From: Alphaproteobacteria bacterium
Lineage (GTDB): Bacteria; Pseudomonadota; Alphaproteobacteria; CAJXXZ01; 1604HC
DNA: 64,000 bases
Assembly (NCBI GenBank): GCA_023898705.1
Contig: CP060235.1
Span: forward strand, 235,701-299,700
Direction: 5' to 3'
Below the pieces are notes generated by a model that had not been told where the DNA came from, ran no database searches, and saw only the letters and a program-made list of their open reading frames with translations. Positions 29,309-39,966 of this stretch are shown piece by piece. Both the position numbers and the translations under genes were made by a program. The first letter of the stretch is position 1; each line of letters starts with the position of its first letter.

Positions 29309-29770
29309 TTACTCAAATTCAAAACTATCCTTTAGGGTAACCACTTTTGCTTCTTTATCAAATTTGTCAACATGTTGCCAGGAAATCATAGTATCAAGCT
29401 CTGTGTCTAATATGATGCCAGCTCCAAAGTCAAACACGTTTTTGATAGTTGCAACATGTTTATTTTTGTGCACTACCTTCATGTTCACTAATTCATCTAA
29501 ATATATTTCATGATTTGGAAGAACTTCTTTTACAATTAACACATCAGATTTGGATAACTTTTCAGCTTGATCTATTGAGTCTACTCCATCAAACCTTACA
29601 ATAGACTTGCCATCTAACACCTTGTTAAATTTTTTGATAGAGAACACTGACTCACCCACCAAAACCTTTTGACCAATAGCTAAATCAGAAAAAAATAACA
29701 TCTTCAAGCTACCATCAAGGCCATGTGGCTTGATTATTCTGCCAACAATACAATACTTATCCAACTGCAT
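29309..29770 (-). CDS. rimM: 16S rRNA processing protein RimM
   Basis: 153 aa. N-terminal GRIIKPHGLDGSLK motif. Directly downstream of rpsP. Confidence 0.85.
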   Translation of the reverse strand: MQLDKYCIVGRIIKPHGLDGSLKMLFFSDLAIGQKVLVGESVFSIKKFNKVLDGKSIVRFDGVDSIDQAEKLSKSDVLIVKEVLPNHEIYLDELVNMKVVHKNKHVATIKNVFDFGAGIILDTELDTMISWQHVDKFDKEAKVVTLKDSFEFE

Positions 29771-29777
29771 TTTGATG

Positions 29778-30035
29778 TTATTTTTTTGATATATCTACGC
29801 CGTTGATAGATAATAGCCTGCTAGCCCTATCCGTCATCTGTACACCTTGTTTAAGCCAATACTCAGCCCTGTCCTTCTTAAATACAAACCTCTTTTCATT
29901 GTCTTGTATACAAGGAGAATAAGTGCCTATCTTTTCGACAAACTTTCCATCCCTCGGAGATCTGCTATCAGCAATAACCAACGAAAATACTGGATTCTTC
30001 TTCCTTCCCCCTCTTGCAAACCTTAGCTTTAACAT
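29778..30035 (-). CDS. rpsP: 30S ribosomal protein S16
   Basis: 85 aa. MLKLRFARGGRKKNPVFSLVIADSRSPRDGKFVEKIGTY is canonical S16. Confidence 0.93.
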   Translation of the reverse strand: MLKLRFARGGRKKNPVFSLVIADSRSPRDGKFVEKIGTYSPCIQDNEKRFVFKKDRAEYWLKQGVQMTDRASRLLSINGVDISKK

Positions 30036-30041
30036 AAAAAT

Positions 30042-33000
30042 CTACCTCTCATCACCATTGATTCTACTATTCATAAATCGCGAACGCAAGTCAGAAAACA
30101 TAATACAAGAGGCTGGTATTACAAAAAGGGTGAACAAGGTACCAAATAATAAGCCACCCACTATGACCCACCCTATTTCACGTCTAACTTCTGATCCAAA
30201 TCCGCCAGCTAAGATTAGAGGAACAGCTCCTAGCACCATGGCTAAAGTGGTCATCAATATTGGTTTTAATCGTAATACTGAAGCTTCAATGGCGGCCTCA
30301 ATAGCTGATATACCACGAGCTAATGCCTTTTTATAATAGTCTAAGATTAGAACTGCATGTTTAGTAATCAATCCAATTAATGTAATTAAACCAATTTGTG
30401 TGTAGATATTTAGTGTCAATCCTGGAACTGCAAAGATCGTAAATATAGCTCCTGAAAGCGCTAATGGTACAGAAATCATGATTATAATAGGATCATAAAA
30501 ACTCTCAAATTGAGCTGCTAAAATCAAGAAAATAAATATTAAAGATAGGAACAAAATAACTATGAAATTATTACCTTCCTCAATAAGTGTTTTTACTCCG
30601 ATGCCGGGACTCACAATATATCCAGATGGAAATTCTCTATACAATCTATTTTCTAAATCTTGGTACGTACCTAATGTGTCATATCCAGGTTTTAAGACAG
30701 GACTGATCTCTATGGATCTCATACCGCTATCATGAGTAATAATCGGCCTGCTAGAAGTTTCTGTCACATTTATAAGTTCTGCTAAAGAAATCAGTTTTCT
30801 AGAAGTTTTATCAGCTTCATCTGTAATTCCGCTATAAACATGGAATTTCTTTATTCCGTCTGGATCTTGCCTGAATTTTTCATCAGCCCATACGCTAACG
30901 GGATACCTTTTGCCATTCCTTTCATATCTAACTGCTGGAGGGTTACCTCTCATGATCATTGCTATATTGTCTTTCAAATTGTATAAATCTACACCTAACG
31001 ATAAAGCCTTATCTTTCTTAATATCTATCTCAAAAGTTTTTTCTTTACTGATTTTTGTGTAAGGAATTGAAGATTCTAGTGCTTCATGTTTTTGAACCAA
31101 AGAAATTGCATTGAGAGCAACCTTTTCAAGTTCATCATATGATTTATTACTTTTTACTAGTAAAGATAAAGATTGTTCACCACCACCTAAACTACTTGAA
31201 ATAGCATGTACAAAAGCTTGTGTGCCCGGCATCATCATACCAAACCTATTTTTTATATTTCGTTCTATAGTTTTTGCATGCTTTCTCTGAGCAAAAGGTT
31301 TTAGTATTGCTACCATACTAACCATTCCACTTCCACTTGAAAAGCTTGAATAAACCGATTTAACTCCATCCGTATTTTTTATCAGCTGTTCTGCTTTAGC
31401 TATAGTGTACTCCATATAATTTACATTAGCTCCACTCACGGTATTGAGTCTAATGCTAATCAATCCAGTATCTTGAACTGGAGTGAGCAAAGATTGAATG
31501 CCATACTTTGTCATTAAAATGGAACATAAACCTATAAGAAGAGAGAACCCTAAAACATATTTGCTGTAACTTATAGCTTTGACCAATATTTGTTTATACT
31601 TACGTTCTATATAAACAATAAAACTTTCAAAAGAGTTAATTATATTCCACTGTAAGTGAGTGTCATTACTGAGTAGGAATGATGACATGACAGGAGTCAA
31701 AGTTAGCGCTACAATTCCAGACATAAGAACCATGGCAGATAACGATAACGCAAACTCTTTGAAGACCTTACCTACTAGACCAGTAGATAAAGAGATAGGG
31801 GCATAAACGGCTACCAATGTTAGTGTCATGGCTATAATAGAAAATTGTATGTCATTCATACCATTAATTGAGGCTTGAAATGCACTTTCTCCCCTTCTAA
31901 TTCTTCTTTCTATCACCTCAACCGCTACAATTGCATCATCGACTACTAATCCTACTCCTAGCACCATAGCCAACAAAGTAATTGTGTTCAATGAGAATCC
32001 AAAAGCGTAAATTGTAATGACACCAGATAATAAACAAATTGGTATTGCCACCAATGGTATCAAAGATGCTCTCCAGGACTTTAAGAATAAAAGCATAACG
32101 AAAACGACAAAAATCACAGCCTCTATAATGGACTGAGTCACCCTGTTTAAAGATTGTTTGATAGGCTCAGATTGATCTAAAATAACTTCTATTTTTACCC
32201 CAGACGGTAACCCTTTGTTAATAGCTTCTATTTTTTGCCTAATGTTTTTAGAAATTTCAATCTTGTTTGCTTGAGGTTGAGCAATTACATCGACAAAAGA
32301 AGCAACTTCCATATTGTATCTTGTGCGTACTTCTTCATCACTATTTTGCATCTCAACCCTAGCAACATCTTTTACCTTAACAACCTGTCTGTCCTTTTCC
32401 TTTATTACAACATTTTCGAAATCTTCAACATTTTTCAAATCATTCACAATAGTTGTGCTATACCTTATATTATTAATTTCTATGTTTCCTGCTGGATACA
32501 AAAATGATTGTCTTCCTATTGCATTGTAGACATCAAGAGCTGTCGTGTTAAAAGCAAATAGTTCCGATGGATCAAGCCACACATCAATCCTATAAGTTCT
32601 TCCTTCTCCGAAAATACCTGATATTTTTGTTGATGCTACCCCAGAAGTAGATTCTAATTCGCTTTTAGCGTACCTATAAGCAATATCTGATAACTCGGAA
32701 GATGAATAATCTCCTCCTGTAATAGATAAAGTTAATGCACTACTCTCGTCTTGAGATGCCTTTTTAACGATAGGGTCCTTCAGATTTGGAGGGAAAGAAT
32801 GTTTCAATTTACGAAGCTTAGTTTCGACTTCATTAGCTATGTAGTCTACAGATTTGGTTCCTGAAAATCTCATTGAAATATCAGTCGTTCCAGCCTTAGA
32901 AATAGTCGTTTTCATGTTCTTTAGACCTTCTAAACTTGATAACTCTTCTTCAATTAAATTGGCTATTTGCTGTTCAACTACTTCAGTACTTGCTCCAGGA

Positions 33001-33224
33001 TACTCCATGCTTACTGTGATTTGTGGTTCTTCTACTCTTGGATTCTCTCTTAGTTGTAAATTTTTTAGAACAAAAAGACCAACTAATGAAATAGCTATAT
33101 TCAATACCCATGTTAGAACAGGTCTAGAGATAAAGAACGAAGACAATCCGCTATTTTGATTATGATTCACTACTATCTCCAGATTTATCGAGTGTAGAGT
33201 TGATATCGCTGGTTGAATCAGCAT
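30042..33224 (-). CDS. RND family efflux transporter, inner-membrane permease (AcrB/HAE1-like)
   Basis: 1060 aa with a 12-TM architecture and two large periplasmic loops. N-terminal FFISRPVLTWVLNIAISLVG and the VGLVVDDAIV motif in TM4. The true start is probably downstream of the 65-nt overlap with the MFP gene. Confidence 0.9.
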   Translation of the reverse strand: MLIQPAISTLHSINLEIVVNHNQNSGLSSFFISRPVLTWVLNIAISLVGLFVLKNLQLRENPRVEEPQITVSMEYPGASTEVVEQQIANLIEEELSSLEGLKNMKTTISKAGTTDISMRFSGTKSVDYIANEVETKLRKLKHSFPPNLKDPIVKKASQDESSALTLSITGGDYSSSELSDIAYRYAKSELESTSGVASTKISGIFGEGRTYRIDVWLDPSELFAFNTTALDVYNAIGRQSFLYPAGNIEINNIRYSTTIVNDLKNVEDFENVVIKEKDRQVVKVKDVARVEMQNSDEEVRTRYNMEVASFVDVIAQPQANKIEISKNIRQKIEAINKGLPSGVKIEVILDQSEPIKQSLNRVTQSIIEAVIFVVFVMLLFLKSWRASLIPLVAIPICLLSGVITIYAFGFSLNTITLLAMVLGVGLVVDDAIVAVEVIERRIRRGESAFQASINGMNDIQFSIIAMTLTLVAVYAPISLSTGLVGKVFKEFALSLSAMVLMSGIVALTLTPVMSSFLLSNDTHLQWNIINSFESFIVYIERKYKQILVKAISYSKYVLGFSLLIGLCSILMTKYGIQSLLTPVQDTGLISIRLNTVSGANVNYMEYTIAKAEQLIKNTDGVKSVYSSFSSGSGMVSMVAILKPFAQRKHAKTIERNIKNRFGMMMPGTQAFVHAISSSLGGGEQSLSLLVKSNKSYDELEKVALNAISLVQKHEALESSIPYTKISKEKTFEIDIKKDKALSLGVDLYNLKDNIAMIMRGNPPAVRYERNGKRYPVSVWADEKFRQDPDGIKKFHVYSGITDEADKTSRKLISLAELINVTETSSRPIITHDSGMRSIEISPVLKPGYDTLGTYQDLENRLYREFPSGYIVSPGIGVKTLIEEGNNFIVILFLSLIFIFLILAAQFESFYDPIIIMISVPLALSGAIFTIFAVPGLTLNIYTQIGLITLIGLITKHAVLILDYYKKALARGISAIEAAIEASVLRLKPILMTTLAMVLGAVPLILAGGFGSEVRREIGWVIVGGLLFGTLFTLFVIPASCIMFSDLRSRFMNSRINGDER

Positions 33225-34353
33225 TTGCTGTTACATTTGCCTCTTCATTAGAATTTGGCTGATTGTTTGAATCTACCTTTTCCTCGTCTTGATCAATAAG
33301 CTGAGCTTTCACTCTTGTCCCATCGCTCAAGTGGTCTCCGGTTTCTACTACTACAATCTGCCCTACTTTCAAACCTTCGATTATTTCGATTTTTCCTCTA
33401 CTTCTTACTCCAATATTAACTGGTGTCAAAATTGCTGTATCTCCCTCCACAACAAATACATATGAACTTCCAGATCTAGTTCTAACTGCTGCTTCGGAGA
33501 CAAGAAGAACATCTTTTTTTGTTCCAATTGTATAACTTACTCTAACAAACTGTCCCGGTATTAGCTTTTTATCTTCTTTAACCAATTTAGCTTTTACATT
33601 AACACGGTGTACAGAGTCAGCTTGAGATTCATGTGCGACAATTAATGCTGTAACTGGTAGAGCCGATGGAGAATCTGCAAATACATCTATCTCATCACCC
33701 TCTTTGATCTTGCCAGCCTCTTTTTCTGACACAGAAAACATTACAGATAGAGGGCCGCTTGCAACTAACACAGCAGCTTTCTGATTGTAGGATAGGATAG
33801 CACCCTCTTTTTCTTGAACAAGTCCTAAAAATCCATCAAAAGGAGCCTTCAATGTCATTTTATCTAATTCAAACTTAGCTCTTTGGTAGTCTGCTTCAGC
33901 TTTTTTGAATGAGCTTTTCTTACTTTGCAGATCAGCCTCTGAAATCAAACCTTTTTGTCTCAAGTTGATTGCCCTGTTGTATTGAGATTCTTGCTCAAGC
34001 ATGACAGCCTCAGCACTTGATAATGCACTCAATTCAGCTGTATTTTCAAATTCAACAACTACATCGCCAGTTTTAACAAATTCACCATCTTTTTTAATTT
34101 TCTTAATTTTTGCAGGCTTATCAAGAGTTATATTAAGAGTGTTTTCAGCCTTTAAGGTACCTGAGAACAATTTTCTTTCCTCTATATCACCTTTGATCAC
34201 TTTTTCTGATGATAAAGTTAGAACCGGCACAGAGTTTTGTGTTGCTTTAACATTACCTCTAAAGTACCAAACTCCTAAACTTCCTAAAATTACCACAGAA
34301 GCTAATAGAATATTTCTGTTCATGAAATCCCCCCTACAATCAAAACATTTCAT
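33160..34353 (-). CDS. RND efflux membrane fusion protein (HlyD/AcrA family) with a low-complexity C-terminal tail
   Basis: 397 aa with an N-terminal TM/signal, a lipoyl-like domain plus coiled-coil hairpin, and beta-barrel regions. It lies immediately upstream of the RND permease. Confidence 0.85.
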   Translation of the reverse strand: MKCFDCRGDFMNRNILLASVVILGSLGVWYFRGNVKATQNSVPVLTLSSEKVIKGDIEERKLFSGTLKAENTLNITLDKPAKIKKIKKDGEFVKTGDVVVEFENTAELSALSSAEAVMLEQESQYNRAINLRQKGLISEADLQSKKSSFKKAEADYQRAKFELDKMTLKAPFDGFLGLVQEKEGAILSYNQKAAVLVASGPLSVMFSVSEKEAGKIKEGDEIDVFADSPSALPVTALIVAHESQADSVHRVNVKAKLVKEDKKLIPGQFVRVSYTIGTKKDVLLVSEAAVRTRSGSSYVFVVEGDTAILTPVNIGVRSRGKIEIIEGLKVGQIVVVETGDHLSDGTRVKAQLIDQDEEKVDSNNQPNSNEEANVTANADSTSDINSTLDKSGDSSES

Positions 34354-35024
34354 TTTTTACGCTCTCCAAAAATGTGAAGCAGCTCAATCATGATTCTTAA
34401 AAAAGATAAAATCAGACTTATAGAACCAATTATTGCTAGCTTTTCTTTAGTTTCACTGTCGATATTTGCATAGTATAGTTTAGACAAATTCTGAACGTCA
34501 TACGCGATAAGTACAGGGTATATCAGTAGGCTAACCAACGAGATAACAAACTCAATGGCAGATGATCCTAAAAGCAAATTTATAAAAGATAAGCATATAA
34601 TACCTACAAGCAATTTAATGCTCATATTCCCCAAATTGGTTAAATCAGTTTCAGTATTTTGGCCGTAATAAGAAAAAGCAATTAAGATAATAGAAGCTGA
34701 AAACAGTGCTCTAAAAATGCTTGTAGCTGTAAAAATATAAGCTATAGGGTTCAATAACAAACCTAAGGACACATTATAAAAAAAGAAGTACATATAAACT
34801 TGTGAAGTGTTCAGTTTGAACGTCACTCCCTGAGCAATCAACAATATAATGGAAGAAAACATTCCAAGCATTTGTGCCGTCCTTGCCATCCTGGGATTAT
34901 GTAGGCTATACACAAATAAAATCGTGCTAGCAACAATCATGATTCCCAGGCCAACGTTCTGGTATATAGATGCGAAATACCTACTTATGCCTGTATTAGT
35001 ATGAATTATTTTTTCATTTCTCAT
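34350..35024 (-). CDS. Bax inhibitor-1 / YccA family membrane protein
   Basis: 224 aa with 7 predicted TM segments. The N-terminal RYFASIYQNVGLGIMI pattern is typical of the BI-1/YbhL/YccA family. Confidence 0.8.
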   Translation of the reverse strand: MRNEKIIHTNTGISRYFASIYQNVGLGIMIVASTILFVYSLHNPRMARTAQMLGMFSSIILLIAQGVTFKLNTSQVYMYFFFYNVSLGLLLNPIAYIFTATSIFRALFSASIILIAFSYYGQNTETDLTNLGNMSIKLLVGIICLSFINLLLGSSAIEFVISLVSLLIYPVLIAYDVQNLSKLYYANIDSETKEKLAIIGSISLILSFLRIMIELLHIFGERKK

Positions 35025-35087
35025 TAAAAAGCCCCCTAAAGTTAATAAATGTTACCATAAAATTGTATTAATCACAAAGTTTATTTT

Positions 35088-35681
35088 TTGATTAATTTGT
35101 GGAAATGCTTTTATATGCTATCATCAGAAATTATGCATAATGTGTGGAATTATGTAATTGTAGATTTAGACGGAACTTTAATAAGGGAGAATGCTAGTTT
35201 TAAATTATTTAAAAAATTACTTTTAAAAAAACCTCTGGTTTCCTGTTTGATAATGGTTAATTATTTTTTTAAATTAAAAGTGAGGAATATGGCTTTGCTT
35301 AATAAATATGCATATTTATTAGATGTCCCTTCTCTAACGTTTAACGATAAATTATTTTCGTTTTTGATGAAGGAAAAAAACAGAGGTGTTCGAGTTGTAT
35401 TAGCAACAGGTAGTCCTGTAAAAATAGGAAATATGGTTGATTTACATTTAGGAAATTTTTTTGATAAAGTGATTGGCTCAATAGATAAGACTTTGATTTC
35501 TACGAACAAGCTCTTAGCCATACGAGAGTATTTAAGTCATGTTTCAGGTGAAAGAAAATTTTTATATATAGGAGATAGTGTGCAGGATCTAGCCGTGTGG
35601 AGTGGTGCGGATTTTAAGGCTTTAGTTGGCGATCTACGCATAGCTAAAGAATATGGGGTAAATTTTGATATCATTTTTTAA
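35088..35681 (+). CDS. HAD-superfamily hydrolase, subfamily IB-like
   Basis: Motif I VIVDLDGTL, motif II LATGS, motif IV YIGDSVQD. The start is possibly the internal M at 35115. Confidence 0.65.
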   Translation: MINLWKCFYMLSSEIMHNVWNYVIVDLDGTLIRENASFKLFKKLLLKKPLVSCLIMVNYFFKLKVRNMALLNKYAYLLDVPSLTFNDKLFSFLMKEKNRGVRVVLATGSPVKIGNMVDLHLGNFFDKVIGSIDKTLISTNKLLAIREYLSHVSGERKFLYIGDSVQDLAVWSGADFKALVGDLRIAKEYGVNFDIIF

Positions 35682-35803
35682 GTTTATATTTGAATTTATA
35701 ATCTGATTAAACCCAGTTTGGCAATTGAAGTTATACAAAGCATTCTAAATAGCTTGGAAATTCATGGTTTCTATGGAATAATTGACTTCTGTATGGAAAA
35801 AAA

Positions 35804-36520
35804 ATGTGGAATGTAAATGTTGGAACTCTTTTCCCTGATTTATTTCCTGGTCCTTTAGGGGTGTCTTGCATAGGGAAAGCATTAGGAAGTTTGTGGCATT
35901 TGAATGTTCGCGATTTGAGAAATTACGCTTTAGATAAACATAAAACTGTAGATGATACTCCCTTTGGAGGTGGTCCTGGCATGGTGATGAAAGCTGATGT
36001 TTTGGATAATTGGTTGTCTGAAGTGTATAATGGTGGTCGAATTATCTATATGTCTCCGAGGGGTAAACTATTTAAGCAACAGCACATAAACAGCTTCTTG
36101 GAGAAGGATTTGTATATTCTTTGTGGCAGATACGAGGGTGTGGATTGTAGATTTTTGAAGCATTGGAACGTAGAAGAGGTAAGTATTGGGGATTACGTCT
36201 TATGTGGAGGAGAGATTGCTGCCATGACTTTGGTGGAATCTTGTGTCAGATTAATCCCAAATGTTCTAAAAAATGCTGAATCTGTCGCACATGATAGTTT
36301 GTCTAATGGACTGTTAGAACATGATCAATACACAAAACCATATTCTTGGGTTCCAAAAAATTGTGAAATAGAGTACAATACTCCGTGTGTTCTTAAATCT
36401 GGGAATCACAGGCGAATTTCTGAGTGGAAAAAATCTAATAGCGAGAAGGTAACTCAGGAAGCGCGTTCTGATTTGTGGATTGAATATGTGAGAAAGAAGG
36501 AGAAAAATGCAGATTCTTGA
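35804..36520 (+). CDS. trmD: tRNA (guanine37-N1)-methyltransferase TrmD
   Basis: 238 aa. Motifs TLFPDLFPGPLGVS, DDTPFGGGPGMVMK, LCGRYEGVD, SIGDYVLCGGE and LEHDQYTKP. Confidence 0.93.
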   Translation: MWNVNVGTLFPDLFPGPLGVSCIGKALGSLWHLNVRDLRNYALDKHKTVDDTPFGGGPGMVMKADVLDNWLSEVYNGGRIIYMSPRGKLFKQQHINSFLEKDLYILCGRYEGVDCRFLKHWNVEEVSIGDYVLCGGEIAAMTLVESCVRLIPNVLKNAESVAHDSLSNGLLEHDQYTKPYSWVPKNCEIEYNTPCVLKSGNHRRISEWKKSNSEKVTQEARSDLWIEYVRKKEKNADS

Positions 36521-36857
36521 GCTGTTTAATAAAAGACAAAAGGAATCAGCTAAGCATCTAAATCCTGATGGTTTTAGAGTGGGAGATATGGTTGCAGTAG
36601 AAAAATTAGATTCTAAAAACACGAGACCTTTTACTGGTTTGTGTATTAGGAAGACTGCAAAAACAGCTTTAATTCGCAGGACTAATGGTGATTATGCTGT
36701 TGAGTATATTTTCCCTTTGTATTTCAAGTTTAAGTTTGAAAAATTAGAGTCCTACAAGGTAAGAAGGGCTAAACTTTATTACTTGAGAAACTTAAAGGGT
36801 AAAAGTGCAAAGTTAAAAAGAAGATCTAGTAAATCTTATGTAAGGAGTGATGTTTAA
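36507..36857 (+). CDS. rplS: 50S ribosomal protein L19
   Basis: 116 aa. Motifs FRVGDMVAV and VRRAKLYYLRNLKGKSAKLK. Confidence 0.93.
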   Translation: MQILELFNKRQKESAKHLNPDGFRVGDMVAVEKLDSKNTRPFTGLCIRKTAKTALIRRTNGDYAVEYIFPLYFKFKFEKLESYKVRRAKLYYLRNLKGKSAKLKRRSSKSYVRSDV

Positions 36858-37244
36858 ATGCCAACCGTGCAACAATTAATAAGAAAAGCTAATGGAGGAA
36901 GGAAAGATGGTACTGGTTCTAAAAAATCTTCTGTACTAGGTAAGTCCGGTCAAGTTAGAGGTGTTTTGACTAGAGTGTATACCGTATCTCCTAGAAAACC
37001 TAACTCTGCTAGAAGGCCTGTTGCTAAAGTGAAAACTTCGAATGGATATGAAATTATTGCTCATATACCTGGAGAGGGTCATTCTTTGCAGGAGCATTCC
37101 TCAGTGTTAGTAAGAGGAAAAGGTCCCCCTGATTTGCCTGGTGTAAGACATAGAATTATTAGAGGAGTTCTTGATGCTAAGGGTGTTCAGTCTAGAATGA
37201 CTGCAAGATCTAGATATGGAACGGCTAAGCCGAAAGGTAAATAG
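36858..37244 (+). CDS. rpsL: 30S ribosomal protein S12
   Basis: 128 aa. Motifs [19 protein letters not shown] and [12 protein letters not shown]. The ATG abuts the rplS stop. Confidence 0.98.
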   Translation: MPTVQQLIRKANGGRKDGTGSKKSSVLGKSGQVRGVLTRVYTVSPRKPNSARRPVAKVKTSNGYEIIAHIPGEGHSLQEHSSVLVRGKGPPDLPGVRHRIIRGVLDAKGVQSRMTARSRYGTAKPKGK

Positions 37245-37253
37245 GAGTTTTAA

Positions 37254-37745
37254 ATGCGTAGACCTAGTAAATTGAAATCAAAAAATTTTATTTTTGGAGA
37301 AGAACAATTAGAGGGCAAAATGGTTAATGCCATAATGAAGAATGGTAAGAAATCGGTGGCTGAAGGGATATATGATGAGGCTTTTGACAGCTTGGTCAAA
37401 GCTTTATATGAAAAGAATCCTGATGAAGAGATGCCCAAAAAGAGGGACATTTTATTGAAGTGCATTAGATCTGTACAGCCTATCGTTGAAGTTAAATCTA
37501 GACGTGTTGGTGGTTCGACATTCCCTGTACCAGTTGATGTTAGACCCAAGAGAGCTATTATGTTAGCAATTAGATGGATAGTAGAAGCAGCAAGAAATGA
37601 TAAAGGCAAGAGTATGGCTAAAAGATTGGCTAAGGAATGTTTGAATATAGTATCAGGTGAGAAGAGTGTTGCTTTGACCAAAAGAGAGAATACTCATAAA
37701 ATGGCTGAAGCTAACAGAGCTTTTGCTCATTACGGTGGTAAGTAG
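37254..37745 (+). CDS. rpsG: 30S ribosomal protein S7
   Basis: 163 aa. Motifs GKKSVAEGI, VEVKSRRVGGSTFPVPV and ENTHKMAEANRAFAHY. TAGGAG SD upstream. Confidence 0.97.
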   Translation: MRRPSKLKSKNFIFGEEQLEGKMVNAIMKNGKKSVAEGIYDEAFDSLVKALYEKNPDEEMPKKRDILLKCIRSVQPIVEVKSRRVGGSTFPVPVDVRPKRAIMLAIRWIVEAARNDKGKSMAKRLAKECLNIVSGEKSVALTKRENTHKMAEANRAFAHYGGK

Positions 37746-37757
37746 GAGTTTTGACTG

Positions 37758-39917
37758 GTGAATAAATCTTTAGATAGTGTTAAATCGAATTCTGTTGATC
37801 AGGCTGCAGCTTCTGATATCAGTTCTGCTAAATCACGTGGTGATGCTGATGTGTATGGCGAGTTAGCGATTTATCGTAATATTGGAATCGTTGCACATAT
37901 AGATGCTGGTAAGACTACAACGACGGAAAGGATACTTTTTGAAACTGGAAAGAGTCATAAAATAGGAGAAGTTCACGAGGGAGCTGCTACTATGGATTAC
38001 ATGGTTCAAGAAAGAGAGAGAGGAATTACTATTGTTTCAGCTGCTACAACTTGTTTTTGGAAAAATCATAGAATAAACCTAATTGATACTCCAGGGCACG
38101 TTGATTTTACTATAGAAGTTGAAAGATCTCTAAGAGTATTGGATGGAGCTGTTGTTGTATTTGATGCTGTTTCTGGAGTTGAGCCTCAAACAGAAACAGT
38201 TTGGAGACAAGCTGATAAGCATAGAGTTCCTAGAATTTGTTTTATAAATAAAATGGACAGGGCTGGTGCAGATTTTTATAAATGCTTTGATATGATTAAG
38301 TCTAGACTTGGTGCTAATCCTGTAGCTATGAATATTCCTATTGGTAGTGAGGGAGATTTTGTTGGTGTTATAGACATAGTTTCTATGAAGGCGTTTGTCT
38401 GGGGAGATTCTAATGTATATGAAGTGAAAGAAATTCCTCAAGCTTATTTGGAATTGGCACAAAAGTTTAGAAATGCTTTGCTTGAAACCGTAGCTTGTTA
38501 TGTGACGAATGATGAATTGTTTGCTAAAATTTTGGCTGATGATAATGTAGATCCTAAACTTATTAAGAGTATTGTTAGACAAGCTGCTATAAGTTCGGAG
38601 ATCATTCCTGTCTTTTGTGGTGCTGCGTTTAAAAACAAAGGTGTGGCACCTCTTCTAGATGCTGTGGTTGATTATCTGCCTTCTCCTTTGGATTTGCCTC
38701 CTGTTGAGGGTGTTGACCCTGAGACTAATGAAACAATCAGTAGAAAGCATAATTTGTCAGATCCATTGTGTGGTTTGGCGTTCAAAATTACATGTGATCC
38801 ATATGTAGGTTCGTTGATATATTTCAGATTGTATTCTGGAAAATTGAGTGCAGGTGACTTTATATATAATAGTACACAAAATAAAAAAGTTAGGGTTGGT
38901 AGGATGTTATTGTTACATGCTAACACTAGGGAAGATATTAAGTTTGCTTCAGCTGGAGATGTGATAGCTTTGTGTGGTGATGGTGCTATTACTGGAGATA
39001 CATTGTGTGATTTGGAGAATAAGATTGTACTTGAAACTATTAATGCTCCAGATCCAGTTATTTCCTTATTTGTTGAGCCTAAAACCAAGACCGATAGTGA
39101 AAAATTGTCGAAGGCCTTAGAATCTCTTATGCGAGAGGATCCTTCTTTCAAGGCTACTTCTGATCCTGAAACCAAGCAAACTTTGATTCATGGTATGGGA
39201 GAGCTTCAACTTGATATTATTGTTGATAGGCTAAAGAGAGAATTTAAGGTTGATGCTAATGTAGGAAATCCTAGAGTTTCATATAGAGAAACTTTTGGAC
39301 AGCAAGTCTCAGTTGTACAAGAGCATAAAAAGCAAAGTGGAGGAGCTGGTCAATATGCAAAGATAGATATTATCTTCGAACCTTTGGAAGCTGGATCTGG
39401 TTTTAAATTTGAAAACAAAATTAGAGGAGGAGCTATACCTGAAGAGTATATTCCTGGTGTAGAGCGAGGCTTGATTGATGCTTCTAATTCTGGTGAGTAT
39501 GGATATCCTGTCGTTGATTTTAAAGCAATATTGGTGGATGGTGCTTTCCATGATGTTGACTCGAGTGTTTATGCTTTCGAAACTGTTGCAAAACAGGCTT
39601 TCAGGAAAGCTATGTCTAGTGGATCTAAATTATTAGAACCTATTATGAGTGTTGAAGTAGTTTGTCCTGAAGATTATGTAGGAAGCGTCGAAGGTGATTT
39701 GGCAAGCAGAAGAGGATTGTTTAAGGATAAGGATTATTTGCCTGGAGGTACAGTTATCGTTAAGCAGGAAGTTCCTTTGGCTAATATGTTTGGATATATT
39801 AATGAATTGAGATCTAAAACTCAGGGTAGAGCTACATTTTCTATGACATTTGAAAAGTATGCGCACGCTAGATCAAAAGAAGAAGAATTGAAAAAGGAAA
39901 AGCATAGGAGTAAATGA
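37758..39917 (+). CDS. fusA: Elongation factor G with an N-terminal extension of about 30 aa
   Basis: 719 aa. Motifs [29 protein letters not shown] and NKMDR. The GTG start is supported by a TAGGAG SD 9 nt upstream. Confidence 0.98.
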   Translation: MNKSLDSVKSNSVDQAAASDISSAKSRGDADVYGELAIYRNIGIVAHIDAGKTTTTERILFETGKSHKIGEVHEGAATMDYMVQERERGITIVSAATTCFWKNHRINLIDTPGHVDFTIEVERSLRVLDGAVVVFDAVSGVEPQTETVWRQADKHRVPRICFINKMDRAGADFYKCFDMIKSRLGANPVAMNIPIGSEGDFVGVIDIVSMKAFVWGDSNVYEVKEIPQAYLELAQKFRNALLETVACYVTNDELFAKILADDNVDPKLIKSIVRQAAISSEIIPVFCGAAFKNKGVAPLLDAVVDYLPSPLDLPPVEGVDPETNETISRKHNLSDPLCGLAFKITCDPYVGSLIYFRLYSGKLSAGDFIYNSTQNKKVRVGRMLLLHANTREDIKFASAGDVIALCGDGAITGDTLCDLENKIVLETINAPDPVISLFVEPKTKTDSEKLSKALESLMREDPSFKATSDPETKQTLIHGMGELQLDIIVDRLKREFKVDANVGNPRVSYRETFGQQVSVVQEHKKQSGGAGQYAKIDIIFEPLEAGSGFKFENKIRGGAIPEEYIPGVERGLIDASNSGEYGYPVVDFKAILVDGAFHDVDSSVYAFETVAKQAFRKAMSSGSKLLEPIMSVEVVCPEDYVGSVEGDLASRRGLFKDKDYLPGGTVIVKQEVPLANMFGYINELRSKTQGRATFSMTFEKYAHARSKEEELKKEKHRSK

Positions 39918-39966
39918 TGATATTGATTTATTTGCTTACATGCGTTAGTCTTTTAGAGGATTGTAT

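Noticed and set aside
33160-33224. The 65-nt overlap between the MFP gene and the RND permease ORF as a possible programmed event or gene fusion.
   Set aside because: It is most simply an over-extended ORF call. The conserved permease N-terminus (FFISRPVL) starts after the overlap, so a downstream non-ATG start is likely.
38130-39866. Several minus-strand ORFs (150, 167, 80 and 77 aa) inside fusA.
   Set aside because: The EF-G frame is unambiguous. The antisense ORFs are motif-free and overlap one another's region only by chance.
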